Shown piece after piece: positions 61,576 through 64,000 of a stretch of 64,000 nucleotides of DNA (positions within the stretch are counted from its first letter, which is position 1; each line of letters starts with the position of its first letter). Origin of the DNA: Lama glama (lineage: Eukaryota); assembly GCA_028534125.1 (NCBI GenBank), contig CM052816.1:12836001-12900000 (forward strand), in the 5' to 3' direction. The position numbers and the translations under genes were made by a program. A model generated the notes under the pieces. The model saw only the letters and a program-made list of their open reading frames with translations, was not told the DNA's origin and ran no database searches.

Positions 61576-63509
61576 ATCACTGACAGAAGCAATTTTGTGT
61601 AGCTATAAAAAAAAAAAAAAAAAAGAAGCCTGTCGAACTGCAAAACCTTCCCTCGAGCCTGGTACCTATCTAGGTACTATTTTCCCAGCACTGCGCTGGG
61701 GTCTCTGAAAATAGAAATGAAGTCTTACGCAGGATTTGGCTCTTGCCCTCAAAGAACATACAGTGTCAGAGTAGAGAGGACAAATTCAGCAACTGAAGAG
61801 TAATTCGAACAACTGCGTATAATCCAGAGTTGAATAGCTTGGTAAAACTATGTCTTCACAACTCCCAACTGTTTTCCATTCACAGTACGCAGCTTCTATA
61901 GGCAGAGTCACCTTCAAACTATAAAAGGATGGATGAGAGAGCGAGGTACGGTCAGCACTCATTCGTTCAATGATCCATTTATCCTCCAAATATTTAAGAA
62001 GCATCTCTGATTATGATAGATGTTAGATATCACATTGAAACAAACCTGGCACTGGCCCTTGAGGAGATTATAATCTGCTTGGGGCGGTGAAAAATAGACA
62101 ATAACAAATAAACCAACAAGTAAATGTGGGATTGCAGTTCAGTGTCCTATAAAAGGGGTCCAGCGGTGAGCTCTTATCCTGGGTGACCTCAGCTCTCTGT
62201 CCAACAATTTCTAGACCTTAATTCCTGTGACCTTCTTCGCCACTCCAGCCACCTGGCAGCCCTTCCTCAAGGTCTTCCCTGCTGTGATCTTGACATTTCC
62301 GAGCCCTTCTGTGATGGTGGTCTCATGAATGTGTGTCTCTCACGCTCCCTTGGGCCATAGTCAGCCTTTGCTCTGCTCTCAGTTTGCATCCCCCTTTCTG
62401 ACTTGTCTTGCTCAACCTGGACTCTGTGGCAGGTCAATTTAGCGGTGGCCTCGTTCCGGCTACAAAATCCTGCTGATCTTCGTCAGAATCTTTCCCCATC
62501 TGTGCCCATTTGTCTGTTGCTCTCCAGGCAGAAGAGGGAGTCCCTTGCCCCTGCAGGCATCCCACGATGAGGGTGGGTGGTACCTGAGATGCATCTTGTA
62601 GATGCAGTTCACTCCCGCAGACCTGCTTGCCTGCCAGGCTCTTTCCCACAGCTGTGTGTTGACCGCTCACAGTTTTTCCGGCACTGCAGATGGCCCAGGC
62701 ACCTATGAGCAGTCTACGATCTGGAAGGAGCAGTTCAGGTGGACTGAGCATTACGGGAGAGACAGGGTGTCTTGAGGAGGCCAGGAGCTGGGGCCCCTAC
62801 CCTGCAGGCCCCCAAGGTCATGTTAACATTTTGAACTTAGAAAGAAACAAGGGAAAAACACTAGCCAGAATTGTCGCATAATTTGATTTGCAGTCTCTGA
62901 AAGACCACACTGACTATCATACCGGGAATGGATTCGAGAGGGTGGAGCGGGAGCAGAAAGAGTGGTTAAAACCTGTGCAGTGACCTGAGTGAGAGGCGAT
63001 GGCTTCCCGTGGGTAAAAGCTCTGCTAGTAGAACACTAAGTTCCCATCACCTTTTCGGCCCTTGGACTCTGCGATTGTCCACAAGTGCCTGGAGGCCCTG
63101 GCCCCAGACTCCCTCCCCTAATTTGTCTCACGTAGAGAGCCTTGTCCCCCATCCTGTATGCTCCGCTCTAGAGGAAATGAGCCGCCCTGTCCCCCGAACA
63201 CTGGCACATTCCAGCCCCAGGCCCTTGCTCACACTGCTCGCCCAGCCTGGGCATCACCCCCACTCCCGTCTGTTCTGAGTCACACTCCAATCGCCGCGGA
63301 CACAACGGATGCAGTCCTCTCCCGATTTACGCGTATAGCTCTCCTTTACCACCATCACGGTATGGCTTGCCTTCCCCTAGGTTCATCCCTGCCGCCTCCT
63401 CATTGTGAATCTTGTAGGATGGGGGGTCTTATTTTGTTGGTGCTTTTATTCTCCTCTTCAAACTCATGCTACCTTGCAAAGTGGGGTATTTTTACGGGGG
63501 TTAAACGTT

Positions 63510-63592
63510 TGTTGAATCAAATCAAAAAGAATCCAATTCCATGTAATCCAGTCCAGTCCAATCCAGTCTGATTCAATTCAGTTCAGTTCAGT
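63510..63592 (+). repeat. Degenerate pentanucleotide array (AATCC/AGTCC/AGTTC) at an L2-like tail
   Basis: 'tgttgaatcaaatc...aatccagtccagtccaatccagtctgattcaattcagttcagttcag'. Confidence 0.7.
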
Positions 63593-64000
63593 GCCTTGCA
63601 TTTTAAGTATCTTCTTCGTAAGGTGTAAGCCCTTAAGCTCAGGCACCTGTATAGTGTTTGTGGGCCCTACCTAGCTCATACAGTAGGTAATTAATACATG
63701 CTCATTGACTGGTTCACTGAAGCTTAAAGCCACCCTTTGTCTTGTAAGTGTAAGTTGCCCTCAGACCCTTCTTCCTTTCTATTTTAGCGATACTGGTAAC
63801 TGTTTTTCGTGTCAACTGTGACATGTGTCAGCTTGAAAGTTATAATGCCATACAATTAAATGGCCAGGAAATGTCACATGGACCCTTAAGGAATTCCAGC
63901 ATGTAGGCAGCTGTGGACAAAGGTGTTAACCCAGTACACTGTTACAACCAGGCTGAGGCTTAAGAGAAAAAGCAGTCACTGCTGAAGTGGGGAAGGGCGT

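Noticed and set aside
1..64000. CRISPR array, prokaryotic defence system, operon or intact endogenous retrovirus
   Set aside because: No regularly spaced repeat-spacer array, no gene-dense coding sequence and no gag/pol/env. The two MER21 copies share a downstream flank and enclose ordinary genomic DNA, so they are not paired proviral LTRs.
1..64000. Assignment to a named host gene
   Set aside because: No exon matched a protein I recognise; naming a gene would be a guess.

Overview
This is eutherian mammal genomic DNA, most likely a camelid (alpaca, llama or camel), judged from a Vic-1-type tRNA-derived SINE with a perfect 14-bp target-site duplication (TSD) and no recognisable ruminant, pig, primate or rodent SINEs. 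The window is intronic or intergenic. I find no supportable protein-coding gene, rRNA, true tRNA or CRISPR array, and the ORF track consists of repeat-derived or chance ORFs. A large share of the window is interspersed repeat (MIR, L2, CR1/L3, old and young L1, MaLR/ERVL LTRs, hAT MER elements), with several microsatellites and two 500-N scaffold gaps. Family assignments come from recalled consensus motifs, not database searches, and boundaries are approximate unless a TSD is given. I do not see a convincing new biological system. The best leads are: (i) an apparent ancient local duplication (MER21 LTR plus shared flank at about 10.5 kb and 41.2 kb) with strongly GC-skewed divergence; (ii) several minus-strand exon-like segments that may belong to one long spliced transcript; (iii) a twin-primed, 5'-inverted L1; (iv) a pre-miRNA-like hairpin at a tail-to-tail MIR junction; (v) candidate enhancer, CTCF and RFX elements.
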